DNA of 45,695 bases, from the NCBI GenBank assembly GCA_027062325.1, contig JAMOTN010000025.1, forward strand, positions 1 through 45,695, read 5' to 3'. Shown here piece after piece: positions 1-14,446 of this stretch (the first letter of the stretch is position 1; the number at the start of each line of letters is the position of its first letter). Under the pieces are notes generated by a model. It worked only from the letters and a program-made list of their open reading frames with translations. It ran no database searches and was not told the origin of the DNA. Origin of the DNA: a bacterium. Its GTDB lineage: Bacteria; JAMOTN01. Both the position numbers and the translations under genes were made by a program.

Positions 1-32
1 CAAAAATAAAAAAATGAAAAAAAAATAAAAAA

Positions 33-154
33 GGGCTGGCGGACACCTATTTTTCCACCCCTTCCCGGCGGGGCAGTATCGTCGGCTGTAGGGGGCTTAA
101 CTTCCGGGTTCGGCATGGCTCCGGGTGTTTCCCCCCTCACTACTCCACCAGCCC
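33..154 (-). rRNA. rrf: 5S ribosomal RNA
   Basis: Reverse complement has 5S hallmarks (CCATGCCGAACCCGGAAGTTAAGCC; terminal helix GGGCTGG...CCAGCCC), ~122 nt, directly downstream of 23S. Confidence 0.95.
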
Positions 155-155
155 T

Positions 156-3224
<3,069 letters not shown>

Positions 3225-3235
3225 TAGCTATTAAT

Positions 3236-4959
<1,724 letters not shown>

Positions 4960-5014
4960 CTATCCTACCTCTCCCTTCATCTCTTCCTCCTTAATCGCCC
5001 TCAGCAATTCTCAT

Positions 5015-5042
5015 TTTATATCTTCCTCTCTTACATTGTCAA
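5015..5042 (-). promoter_or_regulatory. sigma70-type promoter of the rRNA operon
   Basis: Minus strand TTGACA-N16-TATAAA (alternatively N18-TAAAAT), with an AT-rich upstream tract, ~180 nt before 16S. Confidence 0.8.
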
Positions 5043-5166
5043 TAGGGGAAACAAAATCACTATTTTTCTAGAATTTATCGATATTTTTTATTTCTTCAAC
5101 ATTACCAGTTGCCTTTTAAAACTTAATGCAATTGCCACCTGCCAATCTAAATATCAATATTCCCAA

Positions 5167-6120
5167 TTACTCCCCTAATAACTCCTTGACAACTCTTACA
5201 AATTCATCCACAGGCGAATAAGTGGCTCTCCAACCAAGAGCATTTATCTTGCTTACATCAGCAATCACATATCCAAGATCAGCTTTTCTTCTCCCTGCAA
5301 ATTCCCACTCAAACTCATTAAATTCCTCTCTTATCTTTTCACAAACTTCTAAAACACTAACCCCTCTACCTGTGCCACAGTTCAAAATCATCCCCTCACC
5401 TTTCTTCATTAAAATCCTTTCCAAAACAAAAATATGGGCTCTTGCAACATCTCTTACATCCACAAAATCTCTAACTGGGGTACCATCCTTTGTATCCCAA
5501 TCATTTCCGTAAATTTTGAACTTCTTGCCAGTTTTTAAAGATAAAACTATATTTGCAGGTAATCCCCCTTCATCAAGATGCATTCCCAAACTCTTATCAA
5601 ACCCTATTACGTTAAAATATCTCAAAGCTACAGCATCACTATGAAAATCAAACAATACATACTCTCCAGCCATCTTGGTTTTTGCATAACAACTAACAGG
5701 TTTGGTAAAATCTTCTTCTTTAAAAGCCCCACTTTTCCAATCTCCGTAAACTGAAGCACTAGAGGAGAAAACAACTTTAGCTTCCACCAATTTTGCCACC
5801 TCAAATACATTTTTGCTGCCCAAAAAATTGACATTCCAGTATTCTGCTTTCTTTTTCTCTCCCTCTTCCACCGAGACTTTAGCTGCAAGATGCATAACGC
5901 AAAACGGTCTGTACTTTTCAAAAACATCCTTTAATTCATCAAAATTCAAAATATCAACTTCAAAAAATTCATCCATTCCGGCTTTCTCAGCCCACTCCAA
6001 TTTCCCACGCGAAAGGTTATCTAAAACTCCAACTTCATAACCTTTTCCTTTTAATTCTTTTACAATATGACTTCCTATATATCCCGCTCCTCCCGTAACT
6101 ATTACTCTTTTTGAAGACAT
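5167..6120 (-). CDS. galE: UDP-glucose 4-epimerase (extended SDR)
   Basis: TGGAGYIG, SSSASVYG, YAKTK (YxxxK), LRYFNVIG, DGTPVRDFVDV motifs. Confidence 0.85.
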   Translation of the reverse strand: MSSKRVIVTGGAGYIGSHIVKELKGKGYEVGVLDNLSRGKLEWAEKAGMDEFFEVDILNFDELKDVFEKYRPFCVMHLAAKVSVEEGEKKKAEYWNVNFLGSKNVFEVAKLVEAKVVFSSSASVYGDWKSGAFKEEDFTKPVSCYAKTKMAGEYVLFDFHSDAVALRYFNVIGFDKSLGMHLDEGGLPANIVLSLKTGKKFKIYGNDWDTKDGTPVRDFVDVRDVARAHIFVLERILMKKGEGMILNCGTGRGVSVLEVCEKIREEFNEFEWEFAGRRKADLGYVIADVSKINALGWRATYSPVDEFVRVVKELLGE

Positions 6121-6168
6121 AACTCCACCAGCACCTCCACCATCAATACCATCATTTATTGTCGTTTA

Positions 6169-6196
6169 GTTAAAATATATCTGTTAAAATATATCT
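6169..6196. repeat. perfect tandem 14-bp direct repeat GTTAAAATATATCT x2 in divergent intergenic region
   Basis: Copies at 6169-6182 and 6183-6196. Confidence 0.8.
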
Positions 6197-6238
6197 TGAT
6201 AAGGAATATAGCAAAATTTACAAAAAGGAGCGTTCAAA

Positions 6239-6976
6239 ATGAAAACTTTTATTTCCTTCGACAACTTCATAGAAAAAGTCAAGTTGTTAGCTCGAAAAAG
6301 TGGGATCATGAATAAAAATTTAGAAGTTGAAGTAGGGAAGCTCACTCCTGAAGAGGCAATTGGATCACCATTAAGAGATGACTTTCCCCTATTAAAAGGA
6401 AAAGAGTTCCTTATTGAAGCTAAAATTGAATCAGTACGCGGCCAAGCTTTCACTGCATATCCAGCTCCATTTAAAGGAACCATTGAAGAAGCTTTGAATC
6501 TTCCCGATACTCCTTTTGCAACCTCAATAAAGGTAGCAGTTGCAAATGCCGTTTTACGCTACCTCGGTTACGTTGATAAAACTATTCATTGCAAAGATGA
6601 GACTCCTTCAAAATGCGCGAGGGAATTAATTCACTTTTTAAAATCCAAAGGATACTCAACCGTATCTTTGGTAGGTCTACAACCTGCTTTTGCATCTGAG
6701 TTATTAAGCGCATTTGGTAAAAATAGAGTTCTAATATTTGATCTTGATGAAGGAAATATTAAAAAAGGATTTGAAGGATGTGAGGTTTTTGGACCAGACA
6801 AGTACAATCTCCTATCAACTTCTGACGTTGTCTTAGCAACCGGAAGCACTGTTACTAATAAAACCTTGTGGGAAATTTCTAAGCACATTAACGGTGACTT
6901 CTATCTGTATGGAGTAACAGCAAGAGCTTATGCTTTTATAGCTGGAATACCAGAGTTTTGTAAATTTGGTGGTTAG
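6239..6976 (+). CDS. DUF364 / Rossmann-like domain protein
   Basis: PEEAIG..RDDFPLLKGKE, GQAFT, TIHCKD..P..CA, VGLQPA, DLD..NI, LATGSTVTN motifs; RBS AAGGAG. Confidence 0.75.
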   Translation: MKTFISFDNFIEKVKLLARKSGIMNKNLEVEVGKLTPEEAIGSPLRDDFPLLKGKEFLIEAKIESVRGQAFTAYPAPFKGTIEEALNLPDTPFATSIKVAVANAVLRYLGYVDKTIHCKDETPSKCARELIHFLKSKGYSTVSLVGLQPAFASELLSAFGKNRVLIFDLDEGNIKKGFEGCEVFGPDKYNLLSTSDVVLATGSTVTNKTLWEISKHINGDFYLYGVTARAYAFIAGIPEFCKFGG

Positions 6977-7017
6977 TAATAGCAACATTTAATGATATAT
7001 TCAAGGAGTGAGTCAAA

Positions 7018-8085
7018 ATGATTTCCAGAATTCTGTTTGTTGATGGAAGTAGGGTAATCATCAATGCTCTATCTACAGAACTTTCGGAAGAGTTTAATGT
7101 GTTAAAGGCATACTCCTTTCAAGAAGCCCAAGAGATCTTAAAAAAAGAGGAAGTTGATGCTTTAGTAACAGCACGTACTCTCCCAGACGGAAGCGGTTTC
7201 GACTTAGCTGCAGAAGTGAAAAAGAAGAAAGATATCCCTGTTATTATGTTGATTGCAGATGAAGACGTCACAGTTTTTGAACTTCATCCTTACGTGGATG
7301 TTTTTATCAGTAAAGTAGGACTAACTGCAAAAAAGATTATAAGTGAATTAGAAAACTTTGAAAAAGAGATAAATGAAATTAAAAATAGGGAAGAAAAACT
7401 CATATTGGTCGTTGATGACTCCACAATGCTCAGAAAAGCCATCGTAAACAAGTTATCTAAGAAATACAATGTTGAGGAAGCCGAAAACGGGCGCGAAGCT
7501 TTTGAAAAAGCTATAAAGCTTGTACCCGACTTGATAACAATGGATGTTGATATGCCTGTAATGGATGGTATTACATCTTCAAGCTTCATAAGAGCTCATG
7601 TTAGAACCCGAAATGTTCCAATACTATTACTGACCTCTCATAAAGATCCAGAAACTGTGAAGAAAGCCTTTGAGGCAGGTGTAAACATGCACCTACCGAA
7701 AGACACCCCTGTTGAGGAACTTGTAGCAGCTGTTGAAAATATTCTCTCTCGCAAACCAAAACAAGAAAAGATTTTATTTGTTACAACAGAAGATCACATC
7801 ATGGAAGCACTAGTAGCAACTCCTGTCAGAACAGAAGGTTATGTTTTGAACATTGCAACTTCAATAGAAGAAGCAGAAGATGTCATGAATGAATACAACG
7901 TAGTAATTATCAATGATGAAGTCATTAAAGGTAGAATACCACAGTTCCTGAAGGACAACAACAAAAAAGTAATTATCTTAACAGACGATCCGGAAAAATT
8001 TGATGGGTTTGAAATAGTTGAAAAACCGTTTGAAGCTGAAGACCTTATAAAACTAATATCGAAAATGCTAGCGGTAGCAGAGTAA
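7018..8085 (+). CDS. response regulator made of three tandem receiver (REC) domains
   Basis: ILFVDGS.., ILVVDDS...PDLITMDVDMPVMDG...LLTS...PK, and ILFV...KPF repeats; no output domain visible. Confidence 0.8.
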   Translation: MISRILFVDGSRVIINALSTELSEEFNVLKAYSFQEAQEILKKEEVDALVTARTLPDGSGFDLAAEVKKKKDIPVIMLIADEDVTVFELHPYVDVFISKVGLTAKKIISELENFEKEINEIKNREEKLILVVDDSTMLRKAIVNKLSKKYNVEEAENGREAFEKAIKLVPDLITMDVDMPVMDGITSSSFIRAHVRTRNVPILLLTSHKDPETVKKAFEAGVNMHLPKDTPVEELVAAVENILSRKPKQEKILFVTTEDHIMEALVATPVRTEGYVLNIATSIEEAEDVMNEYNVVIINDEVIKGRIPQFLKDNNKKVIILTDDPEKFDGFEIVEKPFEAEDLIKLISKMLAVAE

Positions 8086-8108
8086 TGAGCAATAAATATA
8101 ATGCAATA

Positions 8109-8786
8109 TTAAATTTCATCTAAAATTTTCATAATAAGTCGGGCAGCTTCAAAAAATTGCTGCTCGACTTTGTTTTTATGGCTTTTGAATTTTTCTCTTA
8201 TACTCTTCAACTCTTCTCTTGAACCAAAAAATCGACTAGCTGATATAAAGCATGCTTTCAAAAATAAGGCGTAGTAGTTATCTCGCCCAACTTCTTTTAA
8301 ACTTCTGAAAGCCAATTTCAAATTCCACCACGATGACAGAGCATTTCTTACCCTTTTAAATCCCGAAGATTCATAAGCCTCCAAAGCTTCTTTGTAAGCT
8401 TTAAACAAATACCCCCACTCCTTACCAAGCTCTTCAAGTTGATTTCGCACAAATTCTGCTCGCTTATTCCACGCGCGACCTTCAAAAAACCTACACGTCC
8501 CCCAACTTCTAGCAAGGGCAAGTACTACAAATTCTTTAGCTTTTAAAGCCATCCCACCTTTATTCAACAGCTCAGTTGAAATAAAAAAAGCCTCCTTGTA
8601 CCTGTATTTAAGTAGATCCCATTTTAAAGCTTCCAAGGTTACCTCATAAGTTGGAGCAACGCTAAGATCCACCCTAATTTTTGAGAGTATAGAACTAAGC
8701 TTTTGAAGCTTTATATCAACTGCTAAAGCAGTAGTAAGAAACACTATCACTAAAGTGACACAAGTTTTTATCATCAATAATCTCAA
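8109..8786 (-). CDS. hypothetical exported protein
   Basis: 225-aa ORF with signal-peptide-like N-terminus (…FLTTALA), 11 bp from upstream gene. Confidence 0.6.
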   Translation of the reverse strand: MRLLMIKTCVTLVIVFLTTALAVDIKLQKLSSILSKIRVDLSVAPTYEVTLEALKWDLLKYRYKEAFFISTELLNKGGMALKAKEFVVLALARSWGTCRFFEGRAWNKRAEFVRNQLEELGKEWGYLFKAYKEALEAYESSGFKRVRNALSSWWNLKLAFRSLKEVGRDNYYALFLKACFISASRFFGSREELKSIREKFKSHKNKVEQQFFEAARLIMKILDEI

Positions 8787-8797
8787 ACCAGAATCAC

Positions 8798-10498
8798 CTA
8801 CTTCTTTGAGGCAGTAGAACCATTCAAAGCCTTCTGGGGTTTATGATCATTTTTATTTAGTAACCCCTTCCACTTTTCAATCAACAATGCATTGTAGTAA
8901 TTTGCAGAATCCCATGCCCAGCAGTGCCAGTTTAAAAATTCCTTGAACATTCTCAAAGCTTTCCTTTTAGAAGCAGCATCAGGTTGAGTTGCTAGTATTT
9001 TAGCCATCCAGTACATAGTCTCCCTATTGTATGGATAAGTAAGGTAGGCATTCTGAACATTTACAAATCCACTTTTGTCCTTTCTGTTTAACTTTGCCAC
9101 TCCTATTGCTACATTAGCGTAAGGGTTGAATTGATCAACTTTTAAAAGTTCCTTAGCAACAACCTCTGCAGAAGCCCATTCATTGTTCAACATCAAAGCA
9201 ATACACTTAGCTTCTTTTTCGTTAAGATCCTTATCTTCAAGATTCATTATCTTCTCCGGAATCTTCAAAGCAAGTAGTCGCAAATACTGTTTTTTAGCCA
9301 CGGAGTAATGCCATTGTTTCCAAACATTCTGGGCAAAATCTGGGTTAGAGAAGTATCTAGAATCTCTCAGTGAATTGTAAGAGAGGTAAATTGGAAAAGT
9401 AGCAAGTAGTACAACTGTGGCAACAACCCCCAAAAACACCTTCACCTTTTTCTTCTCAACAGGCAAATCTACAGAAGCCACACTTAAAATGTAGGCGAAT
9501 AGAAGTGATGATACAGCAGGAGTCATAGGAGCTGCCACAAGGAACAAAAACACAACAACTCCCTCAAAAAATCCTCTACTAAAGAAAAGATAGGCTCCAA
9601 CAACCAAAATTGAAAGATATCCAAACATCCACCCTAATTTTACAAATGACGGCACCACCTCTGAAGTATCTCTTACCTGTTTCCCTATTTTCTTAGCATA
9701 ATCCTCTCCCAGAAATCGCACAAAATCTTTGTAGACAGAATTCGCAGCAGTATTGCGCACATTTTTTACAAACCAGCTTTCATCGTAAAATCTTTCATGT
9801 TGAGCTCCGAATGGAATTTGCTTCAATTTAGCATAAAAATTACTTATCCAGTAAACCTCATAGGTAAAGTTGGGAAGTGAAAAGGTAAACGCAAACCCCA
9901 AACCTATGGCTAAAGCCACCCCAATCGCAACTTTTTTATCAAGAGAGGAAAATGCATAGTAGAAACCTAACAATGCTATGAATAACTTAACAAAATCTGG
10001 TGCCACCACAACCGCAATTATAAAACCTGCTACCTTAGCATAAACATTCTCTGAAACCGTCACCAACAAAAGAGCCACATCTATAAGAAGCCATTTCTCA
10101 ACCCCCCAATTTAAAAACTGAGCCAAAAGCAAATAAGCAAAACTCAATCCCAACAACGCCACAAATACTGGTCTCAACCTTGGGAAAGAGTAAAGGAGCT
10201 GAGTTATCAAAGCTATGGATAGAAAATTATAAGCCGCAAGCAACCAATCACCAAAATACACAGAGGTGAAGCTGACAAGTGCTAACAAAACTGCAACAAC
10301 AAAGCTTATAACAGCAGAAACACTCAATCCAGAGCGTGGCTTGTTCTTCACCAATAAAAATAGTGTTAATAAGCCTAATACAAAAAACAATGCCACACCG
10401 TCAAAATCGTAAAAGTTCTGATACCAGTTTCTGGGCAACAGCTCCATTCCCTGAATACCTTTTATAAGACCATCGATTTTCACTCTAACTCCTCCCAC
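8798..10498 (-). CDS. polytopic membrane protein with C-terminal TPR-like region (possibly O-antigen ligase-like)
   Basis: About 10-12 hydrophobic segments, a soluble loop, then helical TPR-like repeats; RBS GGAGG. Family assignment is weak. Confidence 0.55.
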   Translation of the reverse strand: MGGVRVKIDGLIKGIQGMELLPRNWYQNFYDFDGVALFFVLGLLTLFLLVKNKPRSGLSVSAVISFVVAVLLALVSFTSVYFGDWLLAAYNFLSIALITQLLYSFPRLRPVFVALLGLSFAYLLLAQFLNWGVEKWLLIDVALLLVTVSENVYAKVAGFIIAVVVAPDFVKLFIALLGFYYAFSSLDKKVAIGVALAIGLGFAFTFSLPNFTYEVYWISNFYAKLKQIPFGAQHERFYDESWFVKNVRNTAANSVYKDFVRFLGEDYAKKIGKQVRDTSEVVPSFVKLGWMFGYLSILVVGAYLFFSRGFFEGVVVFLFLVAAPMTPAVSSLLFAYILSVASVDLPVEKKKVKVFLGVVATVVLLATFPIYLSYNSLRDSRYFSNPDFAQNVWKQWHYSVAKKQYLRLLALKIPEKIMNLEDKDLNEKEAKCIALMLNNEWASAEVVAKELLKVDQFNPYANVAIGVAKLNRKDKSGFVNVQNAYLTYPYNRETMYWMAKILATQPDAASKRKALRMFKEFLNWHCWAWDSANYYNALLIEKWKGLLNKNDHKPQKALNGSTASKK

Positions 10499-10546
10499 AA
10501 TTATCCCCTCCTAAATCTCACTTAAACAATATTTAAGATAGCAAAT

Positions 10547-11383
10547 TTACAACTCCTCTTTGAACTTCAACAACGAATGCCTATCTTCAAAAACATTATT
10601 TTTCTCTGTAATCCATGAACTAGTCTCTCCTAAATCTACCTCAACAGAAATGTAAGAAGTAGAATCTGCATCTACCTCAGCCAACACCAACCCTCGCGGT
10701 GATACTATTCTGCTCCTTCCCGTAAAAGTGTAATTATTTTCTCTTCCTATCCTATTTGCCAAAACAACAAAACTTCTGTTCTCCACAGCCCTTGTCCAAA
10801 CCGCGTTTTGAGCATACGGAAGAACAAGATTGGCAGAAAATAACAAAATTTTAGCTCCATTCAAAACTAAAAGCCGCGACAACTCTGGAAATATCCAGTC
10901 AAAACATATTAATGTTCCAAATTTAACCCCATCAAACTCAAATACTCCTAATTTATCTCCTCTTATAAATCTCTCCTTTTCTTTAAAAAATAGATGCAGC
11001 TTATCGTAGTATCCTACAACTCCATCAGAACTTAGGAGGACAACAGAGTTGTAAACACAACTACTTTCATCTGAATCACATGCACCTTTTCTTGCATCCC
11101 CTACAACCCAAAGTCTCCTACCACCGCGTTTTTTTTCTACATGCGCTATAGCCTTTATAAATTCAGAATAGTTGTCAGTTGAAAATTCCTTTGCTAAAGC
11201 TTTAAACTTTTCACGACTCAAATCGTAACCTGTTAAAGCCAACTCTGGAAAAACAACAATCTCTAAACCATCTGTTTCAATAGAGTTCTCCAGCATATAG
11301 TTCACAACAAACTCCTCATTATACTTTCTATCCCCTATTCGAGGAAAAAACTGAAAAAACGCAAGACGCAATTTTTTACCCAC
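10547..11383 (-). CDS. carbon-nitrogen hydrolase (nitrilase superfamily)
   Basis: E-K-C triad motifs VFPELALTGY, YDKLHLF, LICFDWIFPE; RAVEN; NRIG.E...F.G.S. Confidence 0.9.
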   Translation of the reverse strand: MGKKLRLAFFQFFPRIGDRKYNEEFVVNYMLENSIETDGLEIVVFPELALTGYDLSREKFKALAKEFSTDNYSEFIKAIAHVEKKRGGRRLWVVGDARKGACDSDESSCVYNSVVLLSSDGVVGYYDKLHLFFKEKERFIRGDKLGVFEFDGVKFGTLICFDWIFPELSRLLVLNGAKILLFSANLVLPYAQNAVWTRAVENRSFVVLANRIGRENNYTFTGRSRIVSPRGLVLAEVDADSTSYISVEVDLGETSSWITEKNNVFEDRHSLLKFKEEL

Positions 11384-11394
11384 TACTTTCCCCC

Positions 11395-11637
11395 CTATAT
11401 TGAACCAAGCTCTGCTTCAATATCTTCAACCTCCGGATCCACAATAACAACATCACGACTCATCTTTCTTATCACTACAAATGGTACATCCACCTTCTCG
11501 TAATACACCGCCTCCGCCAATCCATCAGGAGTTGATACATCAACTTCCTCAAAGTAAATCCCCGAATTCTCCATATCTTTAGCCAAAATATCACACTTGA
11601 CACAATCTGGTCGTCTAAACAACAACACCTCAAACAT
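11395..11637 (-). CDS. glutaredoxin/NrdH-like redoxin
   Basis: 80 aa, PDCVKC (CxxC), DV.TPDGLAEA.YY and V-P motif; directly downstream of the nrdD homolog; RBS GGAGG. Confidence 0.75.
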   Translation of the reverse strand: MFEVLLFRRPDCVKCDILAKDMENSGIYFEEVDVSTPDGLAEAVYYEKVDVPFVVIRKMSRDVVIVDPEVEDIEAELGSI

Positions 11638-11674
11638 TTAAACCCCTCCATTTAATTCCTGTCATACTCACAAA

Positions 11675-13675
11675 CTAAAACTTTTTTCTATCCGAAATCT
11701 CTGCGACTTTTCCAGAATTCCACCAGCTCACTTTTGAAAAACTCATCGCAGCTTTCGAAACTCCATCAACATTCAGACTTCCGCAAACCGGACACGAACT
11801 TTTCAACCCACGAGAAGAATTTCCACAGCTATAACAAACTGTAAATTCAGGAACAAATACCATCTCCTCAACACTTGTTGTACTCCAGATACTTCTTACA
11901 AAACTTGCCACTCTGTCTTTTAAACGTGAATTTTCCGCCAAGTACACGTAAAAATTTGTAACCCCATCCATTAAAAGATGAAACTTTCCCTCAAGTTTAG
12001 CTCTGCTTGTTAAATCAAGATCAGCATCAACAGGCAGGTGGGAAGAAGACGTATAGTAAACCATCCCCAAATCCTTATTCCCTCTCACTACCTTCAAAGC
12101 TCCTGCAAATTGCTTTAAATCCTTATACGCCAACCTAAACACTGCTTCTTCCTGGGGAGACTGTTCAAGCACAAACTCAATCCCATACCTGCTACTCAAC
12201 TCTTCGCATTTAAGTTTCAAAGCTGCAACAACTTTTAGTGCAAATTTCAAACTTGAAGTACTCTCAAAATACTCCTCCCCTCTAATAAACTTCACAAACT
12301 CAGAGAGCCCCACAAAGCTCAAAGAACAAACAACTTTATCATTTGAAAGATCAAAGGGTATCAAACCTCTAAATGCTGCATAACTCCCACTCTCTCCCGT
12401 GAGATTTAATCTTTCTATAAACTCCCTTTTTGCAAGGCAAATCTCAGCAGCTTTTTCAAGCAAATTACCCAACATATCAAAAGCTTTTTCTTCCGTAGGG
12501 GTCTTATAAGCTAAACGTGGCAAATTCAACGAAACATTTAAAAGAGATAGACGAGTCTTCAACACATCCTTTCTATCTAAAACGCCCCCCTTCTCCTTAT
12601 AAAACGGACTCAGACGCTTAAACTCTCTGTCAAAAATTATGTCAACTCCACCTTTTTCAAAGGCCACTTTTGAAGCCATCTCCAACGCCTCTTCCCAACC
12701 AGAGGAACTAAACGTATCCTCAGTTACAATAAACAGAACGCGTGGGAAGAAGAACGGAACTCCGGTTTTATCTCCTTCCCCTATGACATCCATAAAAGCT
12801 TTAAAAATGAGCTTTGCCTCTTCAGAAAAGTCAGCATACTTTCCAACTTCGGAGCCACCAAATCCTATAGCCTCAATCTCCCTAAGACGAGATGGAACAC
12901 CCCAGTAAAGCCCAAATATAACCTCAAGCACTTCTCCAACTGCAAAAGTATTAGCAGAACCGAATACAAGCATTTGAATTATTTGCCTTACCTCTTCATA
13001 AGACAATCCCTTAACAAATGGAGCAAACAACACATTGAAAGCATACCAGTATATAGGAGCGGTAAAATACTGCTTAACAGCAGAACTGAATTTCACCACG
13101 TGATCAACTAAAACCTCAGGATGCCTTGCAGGACCTGAAGCATTGTAAAATATACTGGAACTAATTCCCGTTTTCTTCAAGTTGTCCAAAGAATAGCTCA
13201 ACCAATAAAGCTTATCAACCTCGTCAACATCATGTATGTGAATATCTCCTTCTAAATGCAAAGATGACAATTTTTGTGGATAAACAACCTCTAAAGCATA
13301 GCTTTCTTTCAATTTTCTACCTATTAAATCAGACATACCAGCAGGCGTAGAGATAAACTTATAACTTCGCTCTTTCTTAACTCGTTCATAGTATCGCTTT
13401 GGTTTCTCTATTATTTCTGACAACTCTTTTATGTAAAATCCCTCTTTTTTAAGAATGTTAGAATCATATCCCAATTCTTCCATTGAAGCCCGTACAAGCT
13501 CTCTTATCAAATCCTTGCTAATTACACGCAAATTTAAAGCCGCTACCCTCTTATCAACATTTGCCATTAAATTTGCTAATTCAACATCATTCAAAATTCC
13601 GGATAGTAAATCTTTAACTTCTTCTTGAACATTGCCAACAGAATCACTGCTCTTAACAAAGAGTACACTATCCAT
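11675..13675 (-). CDS. nrdD: class III (anaerobic) ribonucleotide reductase homolog, apparently lacking catalytic residues
   Basis: ATP-cone-like IRELV, H.EGDIHIHD, GPARH, PFFFPR, NVSLNLPRLAY, LEQSPQE, YYTSS.H, Zn ribbon CYSC..CPVCGS, WN.GK.AE..DR; RxxGY motif replaced by KAAMS. Confidence 0.85.
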   Translation of the reverse strand: MDSVLFVKSSDSVGNVQEEVKDLLSGILNDVELANLMANVDKRVAALNLRVISKDLIRELVRASMEELGYDSNILKKEGFYIKELSEIIEKPKRYYERVKKERSYKFISTPAGMSDLIGRKLKESYALEVVYPQKLSSLHLEGDIHIHDVDEVDKLYWLSYSLDNLKKTGISSSIFYNASGPARHPEVLVDHVVKFSSAVKQYFTAPIYWYAFNVLFAPFVKGLSYEEVRQIIQMLVFGSANTFAVGEVLEVIFGLYWGVPSRLREIEAIGFGGSEVGKYADFSEEAKLIFKAFMDVIGEGDKTGVPFFFPRVLFIVTEDTFSSSGWEEALEMASKVAFEKGGVDIIFDREFKRLSPFYKEKGGVLDRKDVLKTRLSLLNVSLNLPRLAYKTPTEEKAFDMLGNLLEKAAEICLAKREFIERLNLTGESGSYAAFRGLIPFDLSNDKVVCSLSFVGLSEFVKFIRGEEYFESTSSLKFALKVVAALKLKCEELSSRYGIEFVLEQSPQEEAVFRLAYKDLKQFAGALKVVRGNKDLGMVYYTSSSHLPVDADLDLTSRAKLEGKFHLLMDGVTNFYVYLAENSRLKDRVASFVRSIWSTTSVEEMVFVPEFTVCYSCGNSSRGLKSSCPVCGSLNVDGVSKAAMSFSKVSWWNSGKVAEISDRKKF

Positions 13676-13722
13676 TATTTTTACCCCCCAACTTTACCTG
13701 GACGTTTTGTGATCGTGACTAC

Positions 13723-14433
13723 TTAGCGCTGCAATTCTCTCAAAATAAACTGAGCAAATTCTTTAGCATATTTTGGTCCCGGTGCAGTAAACACTTTAGC
13801 ACCCTTCTGAGTAGTAAAAAATACTATCTTTTCCCCCACATACTCAACTTGTTTATCTTCTAGCAACGAAAGTGAATCCTTACACGCAAACACAGTGGCC
13901 TTTTTCCCAACTATCACTCCAGCTTCCGCCAATATCATTGGAGCCAAACATATAGCAGCAATATTTTTTCCCTTTTGGTAAGCTAATTTAGCTATATTAA
14001 CATACGCCTTGTCATTATAAATTTTTAAAATGCCGCTTCCTCCCGCAAAATAGACTAAATCAAATTCATCAATACGCTCCTTCAAAGTCTCTAAAGGCAG
14101 TACTCCTTTAACCAATAACCCTAACATCCCTCGGCACTCTCTAGATATAGAGAAAACATTGCAGCACCAACCATGCTCTTTAAAATATTTGAAAGGAATA
14201 TAAAATTCTTCATCTCTGAAATTTTTAGGAGCAATCACAAAAGCTACATTCATCTTCTTACTTTGCTCCGTCGTACCAACCTTCGAAGCTACAGAACGGG
14301 TGCACACCACCTGTTTTAAATTCAACACCTTCTTCTCAACAGATCCTGCAGTAACCTGAGTGTAAAAACCTTTATAAATCCAGAAGCCTAACAAAACTCC
14401 TATCATTACAGTAAACATCAGCCATCCTCGCAT
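13723..14433 (-). CDS. DJ-1/PfpI family protein with N-terminal membrane anchor
   Basis: IAPKNFRDEE, FAGGSG, AAICLAP (nucleophile Cys), GKKATVF, TA.GP motifs. Confidence 0.85.
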   Translation of the reverse strand: MRGWLMFTVMIGVLLGFWIYKGFYTQVTAGSVEKKVLNLKQVVCTRSVASKVGTTEQSKKMNVAFVIAPKNFRDEEFYIPFKYFKEHGWCCNVFSISRECRGMLGLLVKGVLPLETLKERIDEFDLVYFAGGSGILKIYNDKAYVNIAKLAYQKGKNIAAICLAPMILAEAGVIVGKKATVFACKDSLSLLEDKQVEYVGEKIVFFTTQKGAKVFTAPGPKYAKEFAQFILRELQR

Positions 14434-14446
14434 AGTATCGCCCCCA

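Noticed and set aside
11675-13675. Calling the nrdD homolog either a functional RNR or a pseudogene
   Set aside because: Catalytic Gly/Cys motifs are missing, but there is no frameshift or stop and structural motifs are kept; reported as a candidate pseudoenzyme.
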